Source: Flavobacteriales bacterium (lineage in GTDB: Bacteria > Bacteroidota > Bacteroidia > Flavobacteriales > ECT2AJA-044). Taken from it: 64,000 bases of DNA. A model generated the notes under the pieces. The model saw only the letters and a program-made list of their open reading frames with translations, did not search any database and was not told the origin of the DNA. Made by a program: the position numbers and the translations under genes. Where the stretch lies: assembly GCA_965660515.1 (NCBI GenBank), contig CBFIAJ010000003.1, positions 27,805 to 91,804 on the forward strand. Direction: 5' to 3'. Shown piece by piece: positions 1-9,166 of the stretch (position 1 is its first letter; each line of letters starts with the position of its first letter).

Positions 1-213
1 ATAATGCAGTTCATGCCGTAAAACATCCGAATCAAGTCGAACGAATAGCGTACGATCTTTCATGAACACCTCGGTAACGTGCTCTTTAAATACGGGTGGG
101 GCTTCTTGATACCACTGATCAATAGCTTGGGCTTGAAGCAGTTTCAGTTCCATACCGTACTCCTTCGTCATCAGTTTTATGATATCGCCCAAACTTTTTT
201 CTTGGTTTCTCAT
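1..213 (-). CDS. DUF721-like small protein downstream of recF (3' end runs off the window)
   Basis: My own minus-strand translation from the ATG at 213-211 gives MRNQEKSLGDIIKLMTKEYGMELKLLQAQAIDQWYQEAPPVFKEHVTEVFMKDRTLFVRLDSDVLRHELHY with no stop before position 1. The start overlaps the recF stop (ATGA). A DUF721 gene after recF is a common arrangement; this is from recall. Confidence 0.55.
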   Translation of the reverse strand, partial: MRNQEKSLGDIIKLMTKEYGMELKLLQAQAIDQWYQEAPPVFKEHVTEVFMKDRTLFVRLDSDVLRHELHY

Positions 214-1316
214 CGGGCTGAATTCTCTTGAATACGAAACATTTGGTACGACTCATTGAACTGACGCACAATATCCTCGGTGCGATCATAATGTGTATCA
301 GAAATAAAAATTTGTCCAAAGCGGTGTTCTTCGACCATGCGAATAAGCGCTCCTACCCTGTCGTCATCTAGTTTATCGAATATATCGTCGAGCAAAAGAA
401 TGGGCGTGATGCCTGTCAACTCTTTTAAAAAGCTAAACTGCGCTAACTTTAAAGCAATCAAAAAAGTCTTTTGTTGCCCTTGAGATCCTGTTTTCTTCAC
501 AGGGTAATCGCGCAGAGTGAATTTCAAATCGTCCTTGTGAACTCCCTGAGAAGTGTATTGCAGTGCCCGATCGCGATCTCTACATTCGAATAAAACCAAT
601 TGCAGACTCTTTCCTTCGAGTTTGGTTTCATATTCAATGCTCACCTCTTCTGCGCCCCCACTTATATCCTGGTAATACGTTTGAAAAATAGGGATGAACT
701 TGTCCAAAAATTCTTTTCGATCAGAATGTATACGCTCTGCGAGCGGATTCAATTGCTCATCATAAATTTCTAGCGACGCCGCATCGAACTTCCGGTTGGC
801 TGCGAAATACTTCAGTAAGCTATTGCGCTGTTGAAGAATTCGGTTGTATTGCATCAGGTCATCTAGATATCGCCTGTTGCTCTGGGAAATGACCCCATCC
901 ATGAATTTACGACGAACGTCGCTTCCTTCTAAAATTAAATCTCGATCGGCGGGACTGATCATTACGAGGGGGAAATGGCCGATGTGCTCCGATATTTTGG
1001 CGTACTCCTTTTTATTTCTGCGAACCGATTTTTTCTGCCCCTTTTTAACGCCGAGGTACACGTGCTCGGGTCGTTCTTTTCGATCGTACCAACCTTCAAT
1101 TACAAAAAACTCATCACCGTGACGGACATTCTGACTGTCGACCGGATTGAAGTAGCTCTTGCAAAACGAGAGGTAGTATAGTGCATCGAGAAGATTCGTT
1201 TTTCCCGCTCCGTTTGCCCCAACGAAACAGTTAATCTGAGCATCAAAATCAAGTTTGATCTCCGAGTAATTCTTAAACTGAACGAGGGAAAGTTGCTTTA
1301 AATACATTGCCTTCAA
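210..1316 (-). CDS. recF: DNA replication/repair protein RecF
   Basis: 368-aa ORF with N-terminal Walker A GANGAGKTNLLDA and typical RecF length and signature regions (LLLDDIFDKLD Walker B-like). Confidence 0.9.
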   Translation of the reverse strand: MKAMYLKQLSLVQFKNYSEIKLDFDAQINCFVGANGAGKTNLLDALYYLSFCKSYFNPVDSQNVRHGDEFFVIEGWYDRKERPEHVYLGVKKGQKKSVRRNKKEYAKISEHIGHFPLVMISPADRDLILEGSDVRRKFMDGVISQSNRRYLDDLMQYNRILQQRNSLLKYFAANRKFDAASLEIYDEQLNPLAERIHSDRKEFLDKFIPIFQTYYQDISGGAEEVSIEYETKLEGKSLQLVLFECRDRDRALQYTSQGVHKDDLKFTLRDYPVKKTGSQGQQKTFLIALKLAQFSFLKELTGITPILLLDDIFDKLDDDRVGALIRMVEEHRFGQIFISDTHYDRTEDIVRQFNESYQMFRIQENSAR

Positions 1317-1392
1317 AGATAGAATAATGACCTTGTTTATTCGAGAGAAAATAGCACCTTGAAGCCATGGCTGTAATTTTGTGAAAAAGAAT

Positions 1393-1400
1393 TACTTTTG
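1393..1400 (+). promoter_or_regulatory. Bacteroidota-type -7 box TACTTTTG (TAnnTTTG) upstream of the TPR gene
   Basis: Exact TAnnTTTG match 22 nt before the ATG at 1423. A second match, TAATTTTG, lies at 1374-1381. This argues against the GTG start at 1381 in the ORF track. Confidence 0.4.
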
Positions 1401-1422
1401 TGCCTCAAATTTAGAAGGATTC

Positions 1423-2109
1423 ATGGCCAAGCAGAATAAAAGTCAAGGAGATCAACAATTAGAAGCTGTTGAGCAGGCGCTGTCGAAAACAGAGCAGTAC
1501 ATCGAAGAAAATCAGAATACCCTCCTCATCGTAGTTGCTGCGATTGTCGTTATTATTGGAGGTTATCAGGGTTATAAATACTTAGTTCAAGCGCCTCTTG
1601 AAAAAGAAGCGGCGGTTGAAATGGCTTGGGCGGAGCGTCAGTTCGAGAAGAACGACGTTAACGGAGCACTAAATGGCAATGGAATAAATTTAGGTTTTAT
1701 CGATGTCGCTAGTGATTTCTCGGGTACAAAAGCGGGTAACCTCGCAAATTACTATGCGGGATTGGCGTACATGCAGCAAGGAGATTATGTATCTGCCATT
1801 GATTTCTTAGAGGATTTTGACGGTGATGACGAAATTTTAAGCGCAGTTCATTTCGGAGCCATTGGCGATTGCTTTGCGCAAATCAGTCAACCTGAAGAAG
1901 CTTTGGAATACTATACGAAAGCAGCAAATGCTCGGGATAATTCATTTACCACTCCTCTTTATTTAATGAAGGCGGCTATGACTGCTGAATCTTTAGATCA
2001 AACGGGAGCAGCGTTAAAAATGTACAAGCGCATAGAATCTGAATTCCCTGATTCTAGAGAAGCGCAAAACATTGATAAGTACATCGCGCGCGCAGAAGCC
2101 AAAGGTTAA
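1423..2109 (+). CDS. Membrane-anchored tetratricopeptide-repeat protein (YfgM-like)
   Basis: The ORF is trimmed to the first ATG (MAKQNKSQGD...). It has one hydrophobic helix (LLIVVAAIVVIIGG) followed by TPR-like helical repeats (YYAGLAYMQQGDYVSAI, EALEYYTKAA). Confidence 0.7.
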   Translation: MAKQNKSQGDQQLEAVEQALSKTEQYIEENQNTLLIVVAAIVVIIGGYQGYKYLVQAPLEKEAAVEMAWAERQFEKNDVNGALNGNGINLGFIDVASDFSGTKAGNLANYYAGLAYMQQGDYVSAIDFLEDFDGDDEILSAVHFGAIGDCFAQISQPEEALEYYTKAANARDNSFTTPLYLMKAAMTAESLDQTGAALKMYKRIESEFPDSREAQNIDKYIARAEAKG

Positions 2110-2110
2110 A

Positions 2111-2599
2111 ATGGCCACTATCCACAAGAACTTATCGGATATCAATTACAGCAAAATTCCGAACGCCAATGGTTGGCGCTTCGGAATTGTTGTTTCTGAA
2201 TGGAACGAAGAAATAACCGAAGGGCTTTATAAAGGAGCTTTTCAGGCTTTAAAGGACTGCGGAGTATCAGAATCCGATATAGAACGCTTTAATGTGCCAG
2301 GGAGCTACGAATTGATTTTTGGAGCTAAGCTTATTGCTAATTCGCGCAATGTAGACGCAGTTATATGTTTAGGATCGGTAATTCGCGGAGAAACGGCGCA
2401 TTTCGATTATGTGTGTTCCGCTGTAGCTCATGGAATAAAAGACCTTAACATTGAATTGAATACACCCATTATATTTGGGGTATTAACGGATGACAATATT
2501 GAGCAGAGTCGGGCTCGTTCAGGTGGTAAGCATGGAAATAAAGGTGCAGAAGCCGCTGTTACCGCCGTCAAAATGGTAGCGCTGCAGCGTGAACTATAA
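2111..2599 (+). CDS. ribH: 6,7-dimethyl-8-ribityllumazine synthase
   Basis: Trimmed to the ATG at 2111 (MATIHKNL...). Lumazine synthase-like core: RFGIVVSEWNEEIT, VPGSYELIF, VICLGSVIRGETAHFDYV, FGVLT. Confidence 0.85.
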   Translation: MATIHKNLSDINYSKIPNANGWRFGIVVSEWNEEITEGLYKGAFQALKDCGVSESDIERFNVPGSYELIFGAKLIANSRNVDAVICLGSVIRGETAHFDYVCSAVAHGIKDLNIELNTPIIFGVLTDDNIEQSRARSGGKHGNKGAEAAVTAVKMVALQREL

Positions 2600-2688
2600 A
2601 TGTACCTAGACGCTTTTGTATCCTGTTGGGTGAGGCGTTCGTTACGCACTTTGTATTATCTTTAACACCCAAATCAAAAAAAGACATT

Positions 2689-3540
2689 ATGAAAAAAGCA
2701 TTATTAATACTTTCTATGCTGGGCCTAATGGCTGCGCCCTCAATAGCTCAAGACCTGCCACAACCTAGTCCGGCCGCTACAAATATGCAGCGTATTGGAC
2801 TTACAGATTTTAAAATGGAGTACAGCCGTCCAGGTGTTAAAGGGCGTACTATTTTCGGAGATCTTGTTCCATATAACGAAATGTGGAGAACTGGAGCAAA
2901 CAAAGCAAACCAATTTACTTCTTCAACAGAATTCAATTTTGGCTCAACTGCAGTTCCTGCAGGAACATATAGCTTGTTTTCTATTCCAGGAGAAAAAGAA
3001 TGTGTTTTATTGCTGAACTCTGAAACTGAACTTTGGGGAACTGGAGACTACGATGAGTCGAAAGAGGTTGCTCGTTTTACCGCTCAAGTAGAAATAGAAG
3101 ATGAATCTGGCGAACGTCTTGAATTCTGGTTCAGTGACATCACTGAAAATGCCGGAATCTTAAACTTGATGTGGGATACTTATCATGTAAAAGTTCCATT
3201 ATCTGTTGAAGTTCAAGAGCGTGCAATAGCAAATATTAACAGTGCCATTGAAATTGACCCATCGTGGCAGAAATACCGCAATGCGGCAAGTTACTGCCTG
3301 AAAAGCAATACAAACTTGGACTTAGGAAAAGATTGGATCAATGAATCATTGGCCCGTGGTGGTGATAAAAGCTGGTATACCTTTTGGATAAAAGCGCAAA
3401 TTCTCAATGCATCCGGTGATGTTAAGAGTGCGAAGATTGTAGGGAAAAAAGCAATTTCAGTAGGTGAAGAAGTAGCCAAAGCTGAAGGAGAAGAGTTTCA
3501 ATACGCAGAAGGATTGAAAGAAGATATGGCCGGTTGGTAA
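2689..3540 (+). CDS. Secreted DUF2911-like protein with C-terminal helical domain
   Basis: Trimmed to the ATG at 2689, which gives a signal peptide MKKALLILSMLGLMAAPSIAQ. The N-terminal region (YSRPGVKGRTIFGDLVPYNEMWRTGANKA) resembles DUF2911 from recall. Confidence 0.6.
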   Translation: MKKALLILSMLGLMAAPSIAQDLPQPSPAATNMQRIGLTDFKMEYSRPGVKGRTIFGDLVPYNEMWRTGANKANQFTSSTEFNFGSTAVPAGTYSLFSIPGEKECVLLLNSETELWGTGDYDESKEVARFTAQVEIEDESGERLEFWFSDITENAGILNLMWDTYHVKVPLSVEVQERAIANINSAIEIDPSWQKYRNAASYCLKSNTNLDLGKDWINESLARGGDKSWYTFWIKAQILNASGDVKSAKIVGKKAISVGEEVAKAEGEEFQYAEGLKEDMAGW

Positions 3541-3563
3541 TTCAACCCTGCCTCTGGTAATAA

Positions 3564-3597
3564 GGCCGCTATCCGACTTGGGTAGCGGCTTTTTTAT
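3564..3597 (+). terminator. Rho-independent terminator
   Basis: GCCGCTATCC-gactt-GGGTAGCGGC followed by TTTTTT, 24 nt after the stop at 3540. Confidence 0.7.
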
Positions 3598-3628
3598 TTA
3601 CACCTTTGCACCTTAATTCAGATACAAG

Positions 3629-4273
3629 ATGTCGCAGCAATTTGAATTTTTTTTGGTCGTGTTTACAAGCTTCTTCACGATCATTAATCCTCTCGGAGTA
3701 CTCCCAATTTTCTTGACCATGACTGATGGGCTTGAGGATCAGGAGCGAAAAGCTACAGCTCAGAAGGCCATGCTCGTTTCCTTCATCACCATTGTATTAT
3801 TCTCCTTTAGTGGCCAACTTATGTTCAACTTCTTTGGCATTTCGGTTCATTCGTTCCGAATAGTTGGTGGGATCATCTTTTTTATGGTGGGTCAGGATAT
3901 GCTTCAAGCGCGCCTTCAGCGTACTAAAACGCAAGGGCAGTCTGTTAAAGAATACGTGGGTGATATTTCAATTACCCCCTTGGCTATACCCATGATCACG
4001 GGGCCTGGTGCAATTACAAACGCTATCGTTCTCAAAGAAAGGGCACAAACTTTGCCGGAAATCATTTCTTTTTACGGCGGTGTTATCGCCGTTTGCCTCA
4101 TCACCTTGCTTTTGCTATTGAGCGCGAGTAGGATCATGAAAATACTCGGTGAAACGGGCAGTAAAATCTTGATGCGCTTGATGGGATTGATTGTAATGGT
4201 AATTGCCGTAGAGTTCTTCTTAAGCGGTCTGCGACCGATTATCAAAGACTTAATTCTCTATTTGAACACTTAA
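3629..4273 (+). CDS. MarC-family (UPF0056) integral membrane protein
   Basis: 214 aa with multiple TM helices. The N-terminal motif FTIINPLGVLPIF is typical of the MarC family. Confidence 0.75.
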   Translation: MSQQFEFFLVVFTSFFTIINPLGVLPIFLTMTDGLEDQERKATAQKAMLVSFITIVLFSFSGQLMFNFFGISVHSFRIVGGIIFFMVGQDMLQARLQRTKTQGQSVKEYVGDISITPLAIPMITGPGAITNAIVLKERAQTLPEIISFYGGVIAVCLITLLLLLSASRIMKILGETGSKILMRLMGLIVMVIAVEFFLSGLRPIIKDLILYLNT

Positions 4274-5979
4274 ACAGCCTCCCCGGCTGGATGGTTACGA
4301 ATGACCCCATTCAGAATGAGGGCAAGTACTGTTACCGCTCCACAACCGATAAAGTTGTACCACAAAAATCCGATATCGTTTCCGAAGTAGAAATACAAAA
4401 AGAGAACGCTGAGCTCGCCAATAATGGCCGCAATGAAGACAGGAGTGGCCCGAACGAATTTGATGAAAAAACCTACTAAGAAAACGCCGAGGACCGTACC
4501 GTAGAATAAAGAACCAAGAATATTTACCGCCTCAATTAAGTTTTCAAAAAGGTTGGCATAAACAGCAAATAGAATAGCGAATATCCCCCACCCTACAGTG
4601 GCCAATTTAGACGCCAACAGGTAATGCCTATCGCTCCCGTTTGGTTTCCCTTTCCGTTTGTAAAAGTCGATGATGGTAGTGCTGGCAAGGGCATTCAATT
4701 CGCTAGAGGTGGAACTCATTGCGGCAGAAAATATAACGGCGAATAAGAGTCCCACCAACCCAGTGGGTAAATAGGTCATTACCCAAGTAATGAATACATA
4801 GTCGTAGTCTTTCGTTTCTAAATTGGGATCGGCCTTTTTAACTACTTCTTTATATTCTGTTCGAATAATCTCTAATTCTTGTTGGTAGGCATTCACTTGA
4901 ATGGATGCCTCTTCAATTTGCTTTTCATCCCCTTCTTCAAGCGCGTTAATCAGTGTTTCTTGAGCTTGTTTCTTTTCGTCCCAAATAAGGTCATGGATCA
5001 TGGATAGCGCGGCCAAATCGGGAGCGGCAATGGAGTTTTCAACTTGTGCCTGTGCGGCACGATTAAAAAATACGGGGGGCTTTTCAAATTGATAGAATAC
5101 AAACACCATGACACCCACAAACAGAATGAAAAACTGCATGGGTACTTTTAAAAGGCCGTTAAACATAAGTCCCATTCGACTTTCTGTTAAATCTCTACCC
5201 CCTAGATAGCGTTGCACTTGAGATTGATCGGTTCCGAAATAACTCAAGAATAAGAATACTCCGCCGAACAAACCGGACCAAATAGTATATCGATTATCAA
5301 GGTTGAATTCGGTATTGATAATGTTCATTCGGCCCATGTATCCGGCAATATCCGTCGCTTGGGAAAGCCCTACACCTTCCGGTAAATAATGGATTATTAA
5401 GCCAAAGGCAATAAACATCCCGAGCATAATAATGGCCATTTGCCACTTTTGGGTGAGACTCACTGCTCGAGTTCCTCCCGAAACGGTATATATGATCACC
5501 AAAATCCCCACGAACAAGTTGGTAAACGTAAGGTCCCAACCGAGCATGGTCGATAAAATGATCGCGGGTGCATAAATGGTTATTCCGGCCGCTAGGCCGC
5601 GTTGGACAAGGAACAGGAAAGCCGTGAACATTCTTGTTTTAAGGTCGAATCGGGACTCTAGATACTCATAAGCGGTATAGACTTTAAGCTTGTAATACAA
5701 GGGCAATACAAAAGCCGATAACAGCACCATGGCAATGGGCAAACCAATGTAGAATTGAACGAATTCCATACCCGATTCGTAAGCTTTTCCAGGAGTGCTT
5801 AAAAAGGTGATGGCACTGGCCTGTGTGGCCATAATGGATAGGCCGATGGTCGCCCAGCGCATTTGGTTATCGCCTTTTAAGTAAGATTCTAACCCGCTTT
5901 GCCGGCGCGTTTTATAGGTACCATAAGCGACTATGGTGAAAAGCGTACCAAAAAGAACGATCCAATCGAGCGTTTCCAT
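4270..5979 (-). CDS. Sodium:solute symporter (SSF) family transporter
   Basis: Polytopic membrane protein of about 569 aa with SSF-like segments (GGTRAVSLTQKWQ, GTDQSQVQRYL). I prefer the ATG at 5979 over the TTG at 5982. Confidence 0.8.
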   Translation of the reverse strand: METLDWIVLFGTLFTIVAYGTYKTRRQSGLESYLKGDNQMRWATIGLSIMATQASAITFLSTPGKAYESGMEFVQFYIGLPIAMVLLSAFVLPLYYKLKVYTAYEYLESRFDLKTRMFTAFLFLVQRGLAAGITIYAPAIILSTMLGWDLTFTNLFVGILVIIYTVSGGTRAVSLTQKWQMAIIMLGMFIAFGLIIHYLPEGVGLSQATDIAGYMGRMNIINTEFNLDNRYTIWSGLFGGVFLFLSYFGTDQSQVQRYLGGRDLTESRMGLMFNGLLKVPMQFFILFVGVMVFVFYQFEKPPVFFNRAAQAQVENSIAAPDLAALSMIHDLIWDEKKQAQETLINALEEGDEKQIEEASIQVNAYQQELEIIRTEYKEVVKKADPNLETKDYDYVFITWVMTYLPTGLVGLLFAVIFSAAMSSTSSELNALASTTIIDFYKRKGKPNGSDRHYLLASKLATVGWGIFAILFAVYANLFENLIEAVNILGSLFYGTVLGVFLVGFFIKFVRATPVFIAAIIGELSVLFLYFYFGNDIGFLWYNFIGCGAVTVLALILNGVIRNHPAGEAV

Positions 5980-6101
5980 CAATTATAGCTTTGAGTAATC
6001 CACAAAAACAAAAGAATTAAGAACGCCATAAACCCCAATAGGAATGCGTACATCCTTGGCCATGATTTAAAGAATGGCGGTGGTAAATTGGGTTCTTCCA
6101 T
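5979..6101 (-). CDS. Small hydrophobic protein (40 aa) coupled to the symporter
   Basis: Not in the ORF track because it is under 60 aa. My translation is MEEPNLPPPFFKSWPRMYAFLLGFMAFLILLFLWITQSYN. It has one TM helix, and its TGA overlaps the symporter ATG (TGATG). Confidence 0.4.
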   Translation of the reverse strand: MEEPNLPPPFFKSWPRMYAFLLGFMAFLILLFLWITQSYN

Positions 6102-6102
6102 A

Positions 6103-8592
6103 TTACTTGGGATCGTAACTTATGATATTTGCGAGTAAACGAAAGGCTCCCGGAACACCGGCCGGGATTTCTCTGAAAAAAGAAATACCTGTGTAAACAA
6201 AAGCTCCTTCACCGTACTGCGCGACAATTAACGATCCTTCTGCGGGCTCCTCTCCCGGATCGGACCAACTAATTAGCGCCTCGTACTCTTCGCTCCAATT
6301 ATCTGGAAAGTACAGCCCACGTTCTTGGACCCAGCCTTCGAAATCAGCTTCATTCAATTTATTCGGTTTGTTAAAAATAGGATGCTTTGGGAGCAACATA
6401 GTTGCCACAGCATTTTCGTCTGTTACACGGGTTCTGCTTAGTTCGAAGGAATAAGGGCCTATATTGGCTGGGTCCACTCCCCTATTGGTATTGTACTGCA
6501 CAACGTAGTTCCCACCGTTTTCGACGTACTCCATTAGCTGATCTTTTTGATATTTCAACCAATCAAGTGTGTTATACGCGCGAACTCCTGCAACAATGGC
6601 CTGAAACTCGCTCAAATCGAGCGCGGAAATATTTTCTTCATTAATCAATACTACATCGTAGCCTAATTGCGCTAGTCCGGCCGGAACATCATCACCTGCG
6701 CCCATAATGTACCCAACGCGTGATCCAACGCTTTCAACTTCAATGCGAACGGCTCGTGCTGCATTATCGGGTAAAATAGTTTGGATTTCAATGTGTTCGT
6801 GATCAATTTCTGAAAACCCAACGGTTAAGGTGTCTGTTTCCATCATGATAAGGGCGCTCAGGAAATTATCCGTTGCTCCTTTACTCGGTGTAATTTCAAA
6901 CTTTAGTCTTTTTTCACTTCCACCCCCAAGAAGGGTAATTTCCGACCGAGGAGGTCGGGATGACCACTCATTGTGAAAGCAAGGTTCAATAGTTACCGTT
7001 TGTTCCGAATTCGAGTGATTTTTAACAACTACTTCGACCATTCTGGGATCGGAAGTAGTGAAAATATAATTGGCTTCCGTAAAAGTGGCTGTAACTGCTG
7101 GCAATACATTCATAGGCCTGTATAACTCTCCGCGTACGCGATCGGTCCACTTGTATTCGACTGGAGTTGTGTACTCAATACTTTGATCTTCTAAAGAGAA
7201 TTCGAATGCAACAGATAATGCTGGCAATGACTCGGGCCGGCCAATCATATTCGTATTTTCCACGTCGAACATACCCTTATATCTCTTCCGCAGCCAGTAG
7301 GGATCGGAATAATTCATTGGCGCCTGTACAAATAGCGTGTCGATGGATTGGATATTGTTTTTTAACGGAATGCCATCGGATGCGTTTTCATTTGATTGGA
7401 TTCGATACGAAATTTCAATGTCGCTTCGCTTTACGACTGTAGATCGAATTTGAATTTCTTCACCCGGAGCACTAGAATGAACATTGGATACCGCTTCGGC
7501 ATAGATACCTGAACAAGCCAGAATGATGCGATCGAGTTCTTTTAACTTGAAATTGAAGTCTTCGTATTCGACCCCACTACTGGTAAGTGTTTTTCTCAAT
7601 TCAATTAATGAAGGCACGATGCTCTGCGGGTTAGCAGGATCGAAATCTACGCACACTTGCTCCCATTGATCGTGAATGAGATTTCCTTTTTTCAATTCGG
7701 ACCAAGAACGAGGAACGCCCTGCATTAAATCTCCGTTCGTAACCAAATCCCCTTTCATATATTCGAGGTATTCCAGTTGCTCTCCTCGCCCTTTCCCGGA
7801 ACCAAATCCTTGGCTTTTATGCATCGACCTACTTTCCGCTGCGGTTTCTGTAAAGCTTTGTCCTAACATCGGATTGTAGGCACCAACATCGACACTAATT
7901 ATTTTCTCATCTCCTGCAGCAATGCGATCTGGCAGATCTCGGAACCACCATGGGCTCGTATTCCAGTATAATCTTCGCACCTCGTGAATAGGTGTATCGC
8001 CTAAATCTTCTGGCATAAAGGATTTGTCTGCTGCTGCATCAATGGCTAATTCGGCAATCATCGCCGAGGCGGTGTGATGTCCATGTCCAGCTCGAGAGTT
8101 TGGTGGAAAACGGGTGACAATTACATCGGGCTTGAACTGTCGGATAACACGAACTGCATCGGCCAATACTTCCTCTTTATTCCAAATGGAAAATGTTTCT
8201 TCAGGGTTTTTGGAATAGCCGAAATCAACGGCGCGAGTAAAATACTGTTCCCCGCGATCAATTTTTCGAGCTTCTAATAGTTCTTGTGTTCGAATGAGTC
8301 CTAATTCAGCCCCTTTCTCGGTTCCGATTAGGTTTTGCCCTCCGTCACCGCGAGTGAGTGACAGGTAGGCTGTTCTCATATAAGCACCATTATCGAGGTA
8401 GGCAATGAGTCTCGTATTCTCATCATCTGGATGAGCGGCCAAATAAAGTACTCGTCCTAAATGACCAAATTTTTCAAGAGCCAAACGAATTTCACTTGAA
8501 TTTAAATCGGTCCGATATTCCTGAGCGACAATACTGTCGTTTACCAGACCAAAAGCTATTAAAAAACAAAGGAGCTTTATACGCATGTTCAA
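6103..8592 (-). CDS. PIG-L/LmbE-family deacetylase, long multidomain form
   Basis: Signal peptide, then an AHPDDENTRLIAYL (HPDDE) zinc-deacetylase motif. The C-terminal region (VGYIMGAGDDVPAGL...GGNYVVQYNT) resembles a class-I glutamine-amidotransferase-like/ThuA fold. Confidence 0.75.
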   Translation of the reverse strand: MNMRIKLLCFLIAFGLVNDSIVAQEYRTDLNSSEIRLALEKFGHLGRVLYLAAHPDDENTRLIAYLDNGAYMRTAYLSLTRGDGGQNLIGTEKGAELGLIRTQELLEARKIDRGEQYFTRAVDFGYSKNPEETFSIWNKEEVLADAVRVIRQFKPDVIVTRFPPNSRAGHGHHTASAMIAELAIDAAADKSFMPEDLGDTPIHEVRRLYWNTSPWWFRDLPDRIAAGDEKIISVDVGAYNPMLGQSFTETAAESRSMHKSQGFGSGKGRGEQLEYLEYMKGDLVTNGDLMQGVPRSWSELKKGNLIHDQWEQVCVDFDPANPQSIVPSLIELRKTLTSSGVEYEDFNFKLKELDRIILACSGIYAEAVSNVHSSAPGEEIQIRSTVVKRSDIEISYRIQSNENASDGIPLKNNIQSIDTLFVQAPMNYSDPYWLRKRYKGMFDVENTNMIGRPESLPALSVAFEFSLEDQSIEYTTPVEYKWTDRVRGELYRPMNVLPAVTATFTEANYIFTTSDPRMVEVVVKNHSNSEQTVTIEPCFHNEWSSRPPRSEITLLGGGSEKRLKFEITPSKGATDNFLSALIMMETDTLTVGFSEIDHEHIEIQTILPDNAARAVRIEVESVGSRVGYIMGAGDDVPAGLAQLGYDVVLINEENISALDLSEFQAIVAGVRAYNTLDWLKYQKDQLMEYVENGGNYVVQYNTNRGVDPANIGPYSFELSRTRVTDENAVATMLLPKHPIFNKPNKLNEADFEGWVQERGLYFPDNWSEEYEALISWSDPGEEPAEGSLIVAQYGEGAFVYTGISFFREIPAGVPGAFRLLANIISYDPK

Positions 8593-8638
8593 AAGGGGTT
8601 TCTTTTTGGATAGCCTAAATTAGATAAATTGTTTTTGG

Positions 8639-9166
8639 ATGAAGCATTCGATTTTTATCGTCCTTCTAATTAGTATGTTCTCGTGCTCCTTGAGCGCAGT
8701 AGCTCAGGAAGAATTGTTACCGAGCAACTCGTACACCGAGCCCTGCGAAACGGTCGGACACGGGCAATTTCGTTTTTGGGTTGGTAATTGGAATGTATAC
8801 GACACCTTTGGAAATCAAGTTGGCACCAATAAAGTTCAGCTTATTCTGAGGGGTTGTGTTTTATCGGAAAATTGGACGTCCAGTTCCTTTGGGAATGGGA
8901 AGAGTTACAATTCTTATGATCCTGAATTGAACAGTTGGTTCCAAACGTGGGTAGATCAATGGGGATCAACGATTCATTTTAAAGTACATTGGGTTGAAAC
9001 GAAGATGATCTTCAAAGCGGAAAAAGAGGATTCCACGGGAACCCTGCATTACTTGATGACATTCACCCCATTACCGAATGGTGAAGTGGTCCAAAACTGG
9101 TGTGCAACCAGGGATTTTGAAACATGGACTTCTATGTTTTACGGAATTTATAGAAGAAAAGAATGA
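8639..9166 (+). CDS. Secreted hypothetical protein
   Basis: 175 aa with signal peptide MKHSIFIVLLISMFSCSLSAVAQ, Trp-rich. Its stop overlaps the next start (ATGA). Confidence 0.6.
   Translation: MKHSIFIVLLISMFSCSLSAVAQEELLPSNSYTEPCETVGHGQFRFWVGNWNVYDTFGNQVGTNKVQLILRGCVLSENWTSSSFGNGKSYNSYDPELNSWFQTWVDQWGSTIHFKVHWVETKMIFKAEKEDSTGTLHYLMTFTPLPNGEVVQNWCATRDFETWTSMFYGIYRRKE

Noticed and set aside
119-319. 66-aa minus-strand ORF from the ORF track
   Set aside because: It spans the recF 3' end and the DUF721-like gene in a different frame. Both overlapping genes have recognisable products, so this is a shadow ORF.
1381-1422. GTG-initiated N-terminal extension of the TPR protein. Similar alternative-start extensions occur at 2072, 2626, 10219, 18579, 19625, 21240, 25704, 38539-38580, 54046, 55635 and 63295-63327.
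   Set aside because: Each extension overlaps an upstream gene, contains a TAnnTTTG box, or precedes an ATG that yields a canonical N-terminus or signal peptide. Starts were trimmed accordingly.
2118-2126. CTATCCACA, an 8/9 match to the DnaA box TTATCCACA, considered because recF is nearby
   Set aside because: It is a single copy inside the ribH coding sequence (codons for T-I-H-K), with no cluster of boxes or AT-rich unwinding element. It is not an origin.
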